Positions 1-64,000 of a stretch of DNA of 64,000 nucleotides are shown here, piece by piece. The notes below the pieces were generated by a model. It ran no database searches. It saw only the letters and a list, made by a program, of their open reading frames with translations, and was not told the DNA's origin. The stretch's first letter is position 1, and each line of letters opens with the position of its first letter. The translations under genes were made by a program, and so were the position numbers. The stretch is from Amoebidium appalachense (Eukaryota > Protista > Ichthyosporea). The DNA lies in assembly GCA_963693365.1 (NCBI GenBank), contig CAVNZM010000002.1, forward strand, positions 14,293,615 to 14,357,614. Direction: 5' to 3'.

Positions 1-213
1 AAAAAAGTCCTCCGTTTCTTTACTTCCCTCTTTTCTTCACTCCCTGTCTCAATACAGACCCCACAGACACTGCAGAAGATCCACGCTTACTGCTATGGAA
101 CCTCCAACCCGCTTTAATCCTTCTTAAAGTGTACACGGCACTCCTTATTCAACCTTTCTAGTAGCCTAAACATAAACAGGGGTCTCTTTTCTCATACACC
201 ACCATCACCACAG

Positions 214-18390
<18,177 letters not shown>

Positions 18391-19136
18391 CAGAATGCAT
18401 GTATGACGATGCACTGTGGTGTGATGTTGAAACATGTGTATATGTTGTGAGGATTTCTTCAGCACTCAAGTTGCTTCTCAAAAATATTTTTACTTGTTGT
18501 TCTACTAGTAAATGGGGGGAAGGGGGGGGGGGGGGGGGGGGGGGGGGGGGATTTGATAAACGGCTGACCTAGGCCACTCGAGGCTAATTTTTTTAATTAA
18601 CGTTGTGTGCATCTTTTGCACTGCCTGCGCCATTTGAACAACTTTTTCAAGAAATTATCCAGTGAACAATACATGTACGCTTCAATACCCTGTTATCCAC
18701 TGTACATATGTTCAATATGTTCTGCTACCTTTTTCTACATGTTTGCGAACTGTTTTGGAGTAGGTGATGCAGTGCCTCAGCAGGCACAACGGATTATTGC
18801 TGTGGAAATTCCGTGTTTTTAGGAAGAGTATAGTAATTTTAGCTGCCTTTTTCTGTTTTGTGGTAGATCATCATGGTGCAGTGGCTCAGCAGGCACAACG
18901 GATTTTTGCTATTGAAATTCCGTGGTTTTATATCTGTGTATGAAACTGTTAACGTTATGTACACCAAACCAAATTCGACCACAGGCAGCACAGCTATAAT
19001 AAGAAACCTGACTGGTACCATTTTCTGAATGTACCTTGGGCATCATGATTATGAGCAGTCGTCTGTTTACTATGTATCAAATGGAAGTGCACATGGTTCT
19101 ACGAATTGTGTGTGTCCGGGGGGAGGAGGGGGCGGG

Positions 19137-19174
<38 letters not shown>

Positions 19175-19410
19175 CGAATGCTTGCCTCAGTTGGCTGTAG
19201 AAGTTTAAAGGAGTGAGTTGGTGCGGTAACAGTTCCTGTGTTGAGTGAGAGATTTCGTATTTCATAAAAGATGAGGGCGAGGGGAACCATTCAGGCCCAT
19301 ATACTGAATGTTCTTCTTACTCAGGATGTCTACAGTACTGTACTGTATCTCCCCCATAATATGCATTCATGTCATTGTGACGAGCCTCTGCGGGACTCCG
19401 AGGGGGAAAG

Positions 19411-19442
<32 letters not shown>

Positions 19443-19580
19443 AGGGGGATAGAGAGAGAGAGCTCCGAGAGCCAAATCTAGAGAGCTAGTGAGAGAGGGG
19501 AGGGGGGGGGGGGGAGGGGGGAGACAGAGAGAGACAGAGAGCGAGAGAGCTAGCTAGGGGGGGGAGGGGGGGGGGGGGGG

Positions 19581-19620
<40 letters not shown>

Positions 19621-19964
19621 AGGGGGGGGGGGGAGAGAGAGAGAGAGAGAGGGCGAGCGAGAGCACCGTGAGAGAGGGAGAGACAATAGAAAGAGAGCTG
19701 AGAGAGAGGGGGGGGGAGGGGGGGGGGGGGGGGGGGGGGGAGAGAGAGAGGGAGACAGAGAGAGAGAGTGAGTGAGTGACATTGAGAGAGAGAGAAGAGA
19801 GAGCGAGAGAGCGAGAGATCTAGAGAGAGAGAGCGACGCGTACGTGTATGTGTACGTGTGTGCCACCGTCTCGTGACATGTGTATGTCTGTGTACACTGT
19901 ACAAAGTCTGTTTGGTATCATACGTATTCACGCGTGTTTGTGAGTTGGGTGTTCGCTGAAGGAA

Positions 19965-19988
19965 TAGGGGGAGGGGAGGGAGGGGGGG

Positions 19989-20036
<48 letters not shown>

Positions 20037-20457
20037 ACATGCTTTGCTCAATGCATATATCTCCTACTTTTTTAGTTTTGTAAGTGCATGATCAGCTGGG
20101 ATGACGGGATCACCGCGGCATCGATCGACAATACATTCGACTTCATCATCGTCTTCAAGTTCATGATTCATGTTTGTTTTTGCCAGCCTGATCACCGAAA
20201 AATCTGAGATGCCACAATTGCCACTTTTGTGACGTAGATATACATCAAGTCACCCCAGACACGGAAGCCCCCCCAGATCAATAAACATCACGATGTAAAT
20301 GGGGCTTCCGGGACCTGGCGTCCTCAGTCTTTTCCTTGTCCAAAACATATTTCTTGTCAACGAAAGCTGTGACCATCCGTCCCCCATCCGACTTTCATCC
20401 GTGTTCAAATTCATGTTCCCATCACATTTCGATGTCGCATTAGGGGGAGGGGAGGGG

Positions 20458-20501
<44 letters not shown>

Positions 20502-20680
20502 ACATGCTTTGCTCAATGCATATATCTCCTACTTTTTTGGTTGTTTTGTAAGTGCATGATCAGCTGGGATGACGGGATCACCGCGGCATCGATCGACAAT
20601 ACATTCGACTTCATCGTTCATGTTTGTTTTTGCCAGCCTGATCACCGAAAAATCTGAGATGCCACAATTGCCACTTTGTG
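19965..20680. repeat. Direct duplication of a ~250-bp segment (19965-20231 and 20441-20680)
   Basis: (CA)n-CGTACATGCTTTGCTCAATGC..GATCACCGCGGCATCGATCGAC..GATGCCACAATTGCCACTTT repeats almost exactly; the second copy has a small deletion. Confidence 0.85.
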
Positions 20681-22202
20681 CGAGTCACGGTTTTGATTGG
20701 ATATCAATCTTGGTGATTAGGAAATGCATCTGATTGGTGTGTTAGACACTGTTAGTTAGGGATTCAGTCCCGCCGCAATGACCTCATCAGTCACTGTCGA
20801 CAACGCGTACTGTGACGCAGTAGGCCGTCGAATGTGGCTGGGCCTCCGGCAGTGTCCACGCAATAAAAAGTGTGTAAACCCCCTACTGTTGATGCAACAG
20901 GCATTTCAAATATAGTCACAATGTCATATATCCATAAATAAAAAGCGAGTTAAAGCATGCCTTTAGAAATCAGGAGAGCATAAAAATCCCGATCTCACGA
21001 GGAGCTGTATTGCTACTCTGTAGTTTGCGTGCCAGCCAAGTGTCGACTCAGCCACATTCCAAAGTCCATTTTCTCGTGTGTGGAATGCATAGTCACGTAC
21101 AAGTTATCATGGTCACCTGCAGCACAAACTTTCGTGCCCCAGGCCTCAGCCAGGACTATAATATTTATGGGCTGCTTGGTTTGATATATTCATCTTCCCT
21201 TTTCCAGCATATTCAGCAACTGCATATAGCTCCTACCTACACATCTAAGGCTTTCAAGCATATCTGTTTCAGGGTGTGAAATGTGTATTCTGGACCGTCA
21301 TCAAGGGTTTTCGGTGTATAAACCATTCTTTTGTGTACATATTCAAATGTCTATAAATTTATAACCTTCTCCTGCTTCTGATATAGACATAAATTGAATG
21401 AATTGAAATCGAATGATCAGCGGAACACTGACCACAAAAGGTAGAGATCCTCTTCGGAATCGGGACTTGTACAGTGTGTCATGTATCAAAGGTGTGGCAC
21501 TGCAGCCTGTTACAACCCTGTGCCTTGAAGTGGATTATTGGATGCATATCATGGGTTGAACTCACCGGCATCCACAAAACCGACTCCGCATCATCTCCTC
21601 CAAGCCTCAGAGTCTCCACGTCTCCGTGCCTTCAGAAGTTGTTTTAAGGGGTAGTGAACAGTGTGCGCGGTTTAGTGGGGTGAAGGCTTGGTAGCTACTA
21701 CAAAAATAATTAAGTGTGAGCTTCTTTACGTTATGGCACTGCATTTCTTTCCTTGAAACTGACAGAGCAAACTCAATATAGCCGGAGTGATCTTTAATGT
21801 GAACCACACACGCATTGCATCTCTTCAAAATCGACCGCCAAGTTGGGCCCGATGATAGCAGATATACTGTATATAGACAACATACACTAAGGTTTCGGGG
21901 TCTGGTACCCACCCAAGGCGCAGAGCTCTAGGAGTCACGTTTAGTACGAGTAGGATGTAACGTGCAACAATACTGTGGCCTGTTACTCTCTTTTTTACCG
22001 TCTTTTCCTACGTTTCTACTCCTTTGATTCCTCTCTAGAGTTGCCCTCTCTTCTTCTCTGGCAAACAACCTCACTGCATAGACACGTTTTCTTTTTTTAC
22101 CTACAGTAGATATAGTCGTGTGTGGAAACCCGTTTGCACACCACTGTGCAGGACAGCAGGGACCACACTAAATGCCCCTCTCGCGCGTGATACGAGGTCA
22201 CT

Positions 22203-31689
<9,487 letters not shown>

Positions 31690-32291
31690 TGGTGTCAACT
31701 TGAAGTGACGCACCGGCATTCATTTTAAGATAACATTTTTCGTGTGTGTTGTGAGCGATGGGTGGATAATCATTTGTCTGCATTTCTCGGTTGTGCATGT
31801 GATTATGTTTCCTAACTTTAAAGCAGATTGCTAAATATGGGCAAAGCTAATTATAATATCTTGTATCTTCAGCGTTGTAACCTGTGGGGTTTCAGGCTGA
31901 CGTCGTATGACTTCACGCCATGAAATGCCGGCTTAGACCTTAATGACGCTTGCTAATACGAATGTGCATTTTGTTAATCTGTCAAGACAATTCTTTCTTG
32001 GGACATGTGAAACATTAACTTTTATATTTATTTGCAACACGTCACATAGAGCTTGTCTTATATTCTGGAAGACGCGACTGTAAATAACCTTTGAAGGTTA
32101 TGTTGTCTTTAGCTTTACGATACCTAATGGCCTACTCCGGCAAATTTAAGCAATTAATGTTATTCTATCCAAAAACTTGGTGCTCCACTCTGGACCCTTA
32201 TGCGATTGAAATTCCTAACATCCTGATAGTACATATCAACATGCCGCTTAGTACCAACATGATACAGGTTTGGTGTCACGTTTGTCGAATG

Positions 32292-32295
<4 letters not shown>

Positions 32296-32350
<55 letters not shown>
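32296..32350. repeat. (TA)n microsatellite
   Basis: Read directly. Confidence 0.95.
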
Positions 32351-32356
<6 letters not shown>

Positions 32357-32847
32357 GGGATAGAAATATGATAAATTTCCTGTGCATACATGTGGTACTC
32401 GGGACATTGTTTTGTGGATTTATGTTAGCGTTGCACCTGGGGTGTCTCTCTATTAGAAATGAAGCGTGGAAGTCAGATCTAGAATTGCGATACCGTTTGC
32501 GGTGCTGGGTGTGTAATTAAACAGATATCGATGTAGTTGTTACGTTACAAACCACATTTAGGTATATGTAGGGGGATGTAAACGTGTATGTTCGAAAATG
32601 ATCGGGCATGTGTGTGCACCCGGGGCAGCACACATAAATATTGCAGAAAGACAGCTGTAATATGCCTCTTCGACACGGTGCACCCACATGATGCGGCAAT
32701 TGGAATAATACACCTTGGCACAGGGTGCTTGCAGCTTACGTATATGAACGTTACTAATACTACCACACAGAAACATTCACACTGCACTGTTGCACACGTG
32801 CTGAGCCACACATGACATTGTACACCTGGGCCTGGATAAAGGCACAT

Positions 32848-32917
<70 letters not shown>

Positions 32918-33121
32918 ACGTGTACGCGTACGTGTACACACACACACACACAAGGCTTAGCGGGGCTAGCGAAACAAAGTGTTGAACATGCGCATGCAGG
33001 CATTCAAAACTGTCAAACCATTGTTTGCACACAGCCGCACAGTCACGTTCACACTGCAGCACACGTGTACACACACACACGCACACACGAACATGCACAC
33101 ACACACACACAACACGCACAG

Positions 33122-33163
<42 letters not shown>

Positions 33164-33205
33164 CGTCGCGTGTACACGCACACACGTGCCCCCCCCCCCC
33201 CCCCC

Positions 33206-33236
<31 letters not shown>

Positions 33237-34411
33237 TACACTGGTGCCGCGCACACGTGCTTGGAATGTGCATGCCCATAGTAACCCAGTTACTTGTTCA
33301 CGTGACATTTGCAATGTAGTTACAGTGGACAGGCATGGGGGGGGGGGGGGGGGGGGGGGGTGGGGGGGGGGGGGGGGAGGGGAGGGGGAGGGGGACCCCC
33401 ACCGGCCAGGCTGGGGTGTAAACCGTTGGGTGCTGGGCTAAGCTAGTGTGTCTAGTAGAGGCCGGATCCTAATGGTCGGCGGTGTGTAATTCAGCTGAAG
33501 GCACCTTCAGCACCCTAACTACTAGGGTACAGAAGGTGTAAAAGACGTCGGTGCTGTGCGGAAGCGGTAGGTCCTGTGAGTGCCCCGTGGGGGGTCCCTC
33601 CGGGATTGGTCAAAACGTTAATGAGATATTTAAGTAAAAGTCTAGAAGCAATTCGCCCACGTTCGCACTGTGTCGCGCATACACGCACACATGCCTATGC
33701 ACATTGTCAAATGCACGCCAGCTATAGGAGCATACGTATTATAGGAGAGCACTGCGAAGTTAACTCTTGTCAGGTGCACACAACTCGTATCCAAATCCTA
33801 CTTCGTATACATTCTGACTTGCAGTTATTGTGGCACACACGCACGTTTGATTCTCTTTGCCTGCAGAACCAAACTCAAAGTTTATGATCCTACCTGCCTG
33901 CATCTTTCAATGTTTCCAAGTTACAATTGTGCACTCAGATTCATAGTCGATCGGCTACGGGCCTGTCCCCCCCCCCCCCCCCCCCCCCCCCCCATCAGAA
34001 TAAATGTGGAGCAGAGGCAGGATTCGGTCCTGTGACCTCTGTAAGAGACAATCACTTCTACATAGCGGATCGAGAGTAGAGAGGTTCGTAGGAAGTGGTT
34101 TGGGATCTCTGATCCTCACGGTACCATCTGAGGATGGTCCGGCTGCATTATATACCTGAGCGGATACCAGTCCGCAAGTACATCGTCCAATAGGATTACA
34201 GATCGTCTCTCAGGATAGATCGGGATAATGTACTAGCCAATAGGAAAACAGTTATGGTTCCTAGCGTATGCGGCCCCAGGCGGTCCCCAAGTACGCGGGG
34301 GCGGGATAGGCGGGAACAGGCTAAGTACGTGACTGGGAAGAGCAGGAATAAACAGATAGACTATTCTATCATAACCCCCCCCCCCAATCTCATCCCCTCC
34401 CCTCCTCCGAG

Positions 34412-34443
<32 letters not shown>

Positions 34444-35223
34444 AGCCCCGCCGCCGCCCCTTTGTTGTCAAGTTCACTATATTTCAGCCCAGCCTCCGGG
34501 TTGGCTCTCAAATGCTCACATAAGGCCTATTCACGGTGAACCACCGGCCACCGGATCCTAGTGTGACGACAACCATAATGAGCGGCGCTAATATGATGCA
34601 AGGTGTATGTATGTATTGCACACATTGGTCCAAAAGTCAAATCCGGGCCACCCGGCGTAAGCACACACAAAAAATATCAACACATAAGACGATGTCAGGC
34701 CTGGGCTAGGACAATGGTTACCGCAGTGCCAGGCCCGTGGCCACAAGGGTTCACAGGTGCATCCCCCCCCCCCCCCCCCCCCCCTTCTCCAGCCGCTGGG
34801 GGCATTTTCTCGAATCCGTCCCATCAGCTCTCTGGCCCAACCTTTCAACTTGTCAAACCAGGTCACGTAAACAATACGATTATGTACCGACGTGTACGAA
34901 TCGACCACATTAAATAATTACAAGCTTCTTGCAACAATTGTTTTTAAAAAACGAAAACCGTTATACCCGAGGCAGAGTCCTTTGTGATAAATACAGGGAT
35001 TGCCACCACCAAATATAGGGATTGATCACCATGCCCCCTTTGTCTTCTCGAATGCATTTACTACAGTTTTGAGATCAACTAATGATCATGCATATGAATG
35101 AAGATAGACCAAGCTTATCCTATCCACATATTCCATAATCGTATGTGCTATTCATATTCCAACGGGCCGAAACGTGTACGTGTACGTGTCTGTGTGTACG
35201 TGTGTGTGTGTGTGTGTGTGTGT

Positions 35224-35277
<54 letters not shown>

Positions 35278-35393
35278 ACGCGCACGCGCTTCTCTGTGTG
35301 AGTGTGTGAGTGAGTGAGTGAGTGAGTGAGTGAGTGTGTGTGTGTGTGTGTGTGTCTGCGTGCTTGCACCTGTGTGTGTGTGTGGGTGGGTGG

Positions 35394-35428
<35 letters not shown>

Positions 35429-36037
35429 GAAAGGGGGGGGGGGAGAGGTGGGAGGGGAGTGGCGGGGGGAGGGACGGGGAATTGGGCCATAATTAGGCCA
35501 ACGACCGGAGGAGGCCTCCGGAGAAAGAGGGGGGGGGGGGGGGGGGGGGGGGTTCTTTCTATTATGTAAATGCGTCTAAGTAGTTCACCGTACCTGTAAC
35601 CCAAATCGCGGTCACGAGTGGGGGGAGGGGGGGGGGGGAGGGGGGGAATCCAGATAATTTTGAAGAAAAAGAGCAAATTACAAGGAAACCAGGCTCTTTT
35701 TTCTATTTATTGGCAGCTTCGATCTTCGGGCATATGGTTTGGGAAAAGGTGAAAACAAAAATCAAAAGGTTTAACTACGGGAAGGAGGTCTTACTATAGG
35801 CACAAGTGGAAACAAATCGCCTTTCAGGCTGTACTGTATGGCGTACTGTATGTAATTATCCATGCAACATTACATTTTCCCCTTCGGCCTATTTCCTTTT
35901 TTTTATTTTTTATTTGTGTGTGTGTGTGTGTGTGTGCGTGTGTGCTCACACCTGTGTGTGTATGTGGATGGGTGGTAGGAGGGGGGGGGGGAGGGGAGGG
36001 GGGGAAGAGGGGGGAGAAGTGGTGGTGGTGGTCGTGG

Positions 36038-36093
<56 letters not shown>

Positions 36094-38304
36094 TTGTGTC
36101 ATACAGTAATCAGGCCAACGACGGCGGGAGGGATGGTGGTGGTTGGGGGGGGTCTTCCCATTGGTTGTGATTATATTGCATCTAAAAAGTTCACCGTACC
36201 TGTAATTCAAATCGCAGTCACGACCCCCCCCCCCCCCCCTCCCCCCCCTCCCCCCTCTAAACCCCTTCCTCCCCCCCTCCCCCTCCCCCCGCTCCCCCTT
36301 CGACCTCCGCCCCCCTCCCCCCACACCCCACCTCACCCCTTCTTCCACCCCCCCACCCCCCACCCCCTTTACCCCTCCCTCTTCCCCACAAGGACCAAGG
36401 TGAAAGACGGACACGTTCATTCGTGCGGGAAGGGCTATCCTGCTAGGCCTTACATTGTGTTAGATCGTGAATTTGTGTGCCGTGCGTTGTGATGTGTGCT
36501 TCAGCGTGTAGGCATGTTGGGAAATTATGCGTGCTTTTACAAGGGGGTGTGCCCAACGTGTGGGCCATGTAAAGCATATGTGGATGCTTGCTGTTGCTTT
36601 CCGTTTATTTTATGTGCATAAAAGCCTCGAGAATGGGTGTGCGACTTATATCTGCCAATACTTGTGCAGAACTGCAGAAGTGATAGTAAGATGCGGAAAC
36701 AAGCAAACACCAACCGTGGCCCACCCACCTGCAGGCAGGCAGGTGAATAGATAGCATCATACAGGCACATGGCCATCAACCAGCTACATTTACATGATTA
36801 AGTGTTGTTTCAGCGTAGGGAATCAGACCCGCGCCTAGCAAGCCCAGATTAACATTGTGACATGTTGCCTTTCTTTCTAGATGGTGCTAATGGAGGGAAG
36901 AGGAGGAAAAAAAGAAACTACGTAAACTTGAAAAACATGATTGTTGCAAGCACTAGAATGTTCTCAGTTTTTCAGTTTTCTGGGTTCTCGTGCTGTCACA
37001 AAGGGCTACACACAGTGCACAGGTGACGCCGGTTGGCCAACGCCGCGAGTCATTTTATTCTTGGAATGTTGATGCCAACCATTATGCCATGATACATTTG
37101 TTTCTATTTAGTACAAATGAAAAAGTTTTTTTAACACACGCTAAGTGCTATTTAATAATTTTGTTTAAATTGTGGGAAGGTGAATTGGATTGCCGCCCTT
37201 CCTCTAGTCACCAACCAATCATCATCGTGAATGGTCTTATTTTGAGACTCAGTCAAGGACTCTGCATCGCCAGCAGACAGAACCAAGCCTTCGGTTGAAC
37301 AAAAAAGTCTCGTGGATGACCGTCCTCCTCATTTCTTGCTGAATGAACACCGGAACACGCCAGGTTCTTTAATAGTCAGCTGAAAGGTGACATAAGCTCT
37401 CAGTCTATAACTTGTAAAACTTCTTCTAAATTTACTTCAGCTAGGTTAGGTGATAGGTCTCGCCTGTTCTTGTTCGTCATCAAAGCTTTGCCACATAGGT
37501 GGTGGGGAAGGGCAACATGCCTGCTGAGGACCCAGGACCGGTTATTGTCTGCACCCCCGACGCGGGGAGCAGCAAAAAGGGAGACCTGATAGTCACCGGT
37601 AAGTCTGTTTTTTGCGACGTTGGCCTCCTCCCCCCTCCCCGCCCCTTCCTCTCTCCCGCGTAACGCCCGTCCCCTGCCCTCTCCCTCCCTCCACTCCTTT
37701 CCCACAAGCTTTTCTCGGCCGCCGTCCTTCTATTGGTCCCGATTTAAGGCGCATGAATGTACGAACGCGCTACGCGCTCAAACGCTCATGTGGACACACA
37801 AGAGCCAACCTGCAAACCTGCTTCTGCCAGTATTTTATACACACACCTCTTTTGCGTTGTTGAGATCGTCCTAGTTCTTACAACAGTCACTGTGGTTGCT
37901 CACTACTCCAACAACAGTCATAAACGTACACATCTCGCTATAAAGTCGCTTCCCTTTCACTTTGGGCAAATAATAGTCAGTAACACGTACACACACGACC
38001 GTAAGGTATTTGGACGGCACACCTCAGTTGTGTTGGGTGCAATATGTTCTCCCCCCCCCCCCCCCCCCCCTCCTTCTCCCCCCCCCCCCCCTCCCCCCCC
38101 CCCGCCCCCTGTCCAAAAAGGGCGCCACTCTTGCCTCACGCTGTTCCTTTCCCGCAGCCCCCACTCTTTTATCCACCTTCTCCTTCAGCCCACAACTCCT
38201 GTTATGTCGCCCGCGTTTCCACCTTTTTAGGTGCACCTTCCACGTCCCCTCCAGCGAACCCCCTTCCCCTCCCCTTCCCCCCTCCCCCCCGCTGCCCTTC
38301 GTCT

Positions 38305-38797
<493 letters not shown>

Positions 38798-38884
38798 CAA
38801 ATCTTCCACAAAGGCATAGGCAGCCAGTACACCTGACACAACCTCCCTCCTTCCCCCCCCCCCCCCTCTCCCCCCCCCCCCAAG

Positions 38885-50768
<11,884 letters not shown>

Positions 50769-51092
50769 ATGAGCAACATGAGTTGCGCAAACACAACATG
50801 GTCATTAGTGAGAAAACATTAACTGCGAGAGAGAGGAAATGTGTATAGAAGAACATTTGCAGGGAAAGTAAAGGTAGTCTGTGTGTGTATATGTGTGCCT
50901 GCACAGTGTAGGGTATGTGTGCACATGCCAATGGTTTATGAAATTTAAAACCTCTACATACCTCTTTTCCTGCCAAAAACCTAAAGCCCAACCATTTACT
51001 TTTCTCAGAGCTGGGAGGAATGAAACACACTTCATCCGTGCCTTTAAGTGAGTAGTCCTCCCCTCCCTCCCTCCCCCCCCCCCCCCCCCCCC

Positions 51093-51262
51093 CGAAACTC
51101 AGACGCAATTGATGACTTGGGCCCTCCCTGAGGATGGGCTCTGCTTATGACGCATACTGTGCGCATGGCTGATGCTGCATACTTGAATGTTTGCCTTTGC
51201 ATGTGTCCTGCACCATGCTTCTCATCGTGTATGCGTACTTCGTACTGTGTTCCGCATTCAAA
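51093..51262 (+). mobile_element. 5'-truncated copy of the hammerhead-motif element, downstream of gene 3
   Basis: CGAAACTCAGACGCAATTGATGACTTGGGCCCTCCCTGAGGATGGGCTCTG is identical to copy A; poly-C on both sides. Confidence 0.88.
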
Positions 51263-51267
51263 CCCCC

Positions 51268-51298
<31 letters not shown>

Positions 51299-51559
51299 AA
51301 AGACCCCCCCCCCCCATCCCCCAGCCCCTCCCTCCCCCCACCCACCTAAACAATACCAACATAGCCACCACCACCACCACAGCACTTACCCACTCACACC
51401 ACCCACCCACCCATCCCCCGCCCACTCCGTCCTTTCTAACATCATACACACACATCTGCCCTCCATATACGGGCACAGCTTAAACGACAAAATACCCACA
51501 CCTGCATGCCTAATCTCACCCTTTAATGGACATCAGAGCAGCATGAATTCGCTTACTCG

Positions 51560-52010
51560 GCTATACGGAGCCAATCAGCGAACGTTACGCATTTTTAACC
51601 AAATATGTCTATTAGAGAAATCAAGATATCGATCTGATTGGTGTTGCCGTGAAGTTGGGAGCTGGAGTTCCGAGTCGGATCTGTTCCACTTAGTAGGTTA
51701 CTTTTTCCTTCCGGTAGAAAGTTTTGCAAATCGCAGGTTTTTATTTTTATATTATGAGTAATCGGCAGAGACTTTGTTCTCTCTTTAAAGCCACTTGTAC
51801 AGGGGTGCTACACTAATAGCGCGAAGGTCGTTTCGCGAAGATTAAGACGGATTCAGTCGGATTCGCCTCTCTATAAATTCTCAAATTCCAGAGGCTCAAC
51901 GCACTTTTTAGCCCGACCCGGAATTAGCGATCGAAACAAAATTACCTAATCCTGCCAAAACCAATCAGGAAGTAAATGACATCATAAAATAGACCAATCT
52001 GGCTACTTTT
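51560..52010 (+). promoter_or_regulatory. Putative promoter region of gene 4 with clustered CCAAT boxes
   Basis: GCCAATCAG (~51571), CTGATTGG (~51634), ACCAATCAGGAAGT..TGACATCA (~51960-51984), ACCAATCTG (~51993) in a repeat-free, CpG-containing stretch 0.5-0.9 kb upstream of ATG 52471. Confidence 0.4.
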
Positions 52011-52470
52011 GAATATCTATGAGTTCAATCGGGTCACACCATTCAGAATCGGCGTACAGCAAGCGAATTCATGCTCATTATAGCACACAGGCCGAAGCTC
52101 CCCCCTGCCCCACCACCACCACCACCACCACACACACACACACACAAGGGCATGGATTTACCCCCCCCCCCCCCCCCCCCCCCCCATCCCGGTACGCAGC
52201 ACATTTGTGCGCGCGCACACAAACATGCAGGCACATCCCCCCCCCCCCCCCCCCCCCCCCCACTCCTTCACCTTCTTCCTAATCCTTGGAGTAGACAGTA
52301 ATCTGATGATGCTGATAGAAAGCAGGACGCATTGATCACCTAGGGTTTAGGCGTGCAGAATGCAGACACATTCTCCCAAGCAAAGTCCTGTAACACTTAT
52401 TCGCAAAGGTGCTCATCATTGACACACATATCCACGTTGATTAATGCGTATTTCCCTCACCACAGAGTCT

Positions 52471-63465
<10,995 letters not shown>

Positions 63466-64000
63466 GTATGTGTGCGTGTGTGTGTGTAAGTTTTATGTTA
63501 TTTGTTCCGCGCTTGTGTTGTGAGTACTTGCGCCTATGCACATACCCACGTGTTTGTCTTAGCTGAGCTTAGACGACTCACTTTGACCATATGTGCATGC
63601 CAAAGTATCCGTTAGAGCCCATCTAGACAGTGATAGTTGGACTGTACCCTCTTGTCTTCATATTTGGGGGCCTTGTTTTGAAGGTTGCCTGCATATTCGT
63701 GTTTATATCCTATCACCGGTAGTATTACAGACACGTGTTTGCAAGCCCCCCCCCCCCCCCCACGTGCATATACTGTGTACCCTGTAACACATTCTACCCG
63801 CACCCACCCCATCCCCTCTCATGCTTGGGAACGCATCTCACCCACCAAATGATATCTGTCGGAGTTGATTGTACTGGGATGATGATTAAAGAGATTTGGG
63901 GGGTGGATTTTCGCTTAAAATCGGGGGGGATCCAACCGATCAGATCGATCAAATTCCAGTCTGACGATGGGCTGAAATGGTCGGATTTGGGGCTTTTTGT

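Noticed and set aside
21607-21912. 101-aa minus-strand ORF upstream of the 7TM-RGS gene
   Set aside because: No recognisable motif and no linked exons.
37180-37705. Coding-like minus-strand sequence upstream of gene 3
   Set aside because: Frames are broken by stops and I recognise no family.

Overview
Eukaryotic, intron-rich and microsatellite-saturated DNA (poly-C/poly-G, (CA)n, (CT)n). The gene set suggests a unicellular holozoan such as an ichthyosporean; that assignment is inference. Nearly all ORF-track entries are repeat artefacts, so I rebuilt genes by hand from splice junctions. Four + strand genes: an EDEM3-like GH47 alpha-mannosidase with PA domain (214-18390, 5' end not found), a 7TM-RGS fusion (22203-31689), a C2/coiled-coil/SH3 protein (~38885-50768), and a coiled-coil, poly-proline protein running off the window (52471->63465). 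Intron 1 of the 7TM-RGS gene holds a decayed Penelope-like RT that is interrupted by a TA-flanked TIR DNA transposon. The main finding is a dispersed retro-like family of about 16 mostly 5'-truncated copies, all on +, inserted at C-rich tracts. Its two longest copies (11547-11905, 27148-27540) contain the three hammerhead ribozyme strands in a non-circular order, with compensatory base changes between copies. Introns also show a recurring layout: a poly-C tract just after the donor and (CA)n running up to the acceptor. Homopolymer lengths and single-base indels may be sequencing errors.
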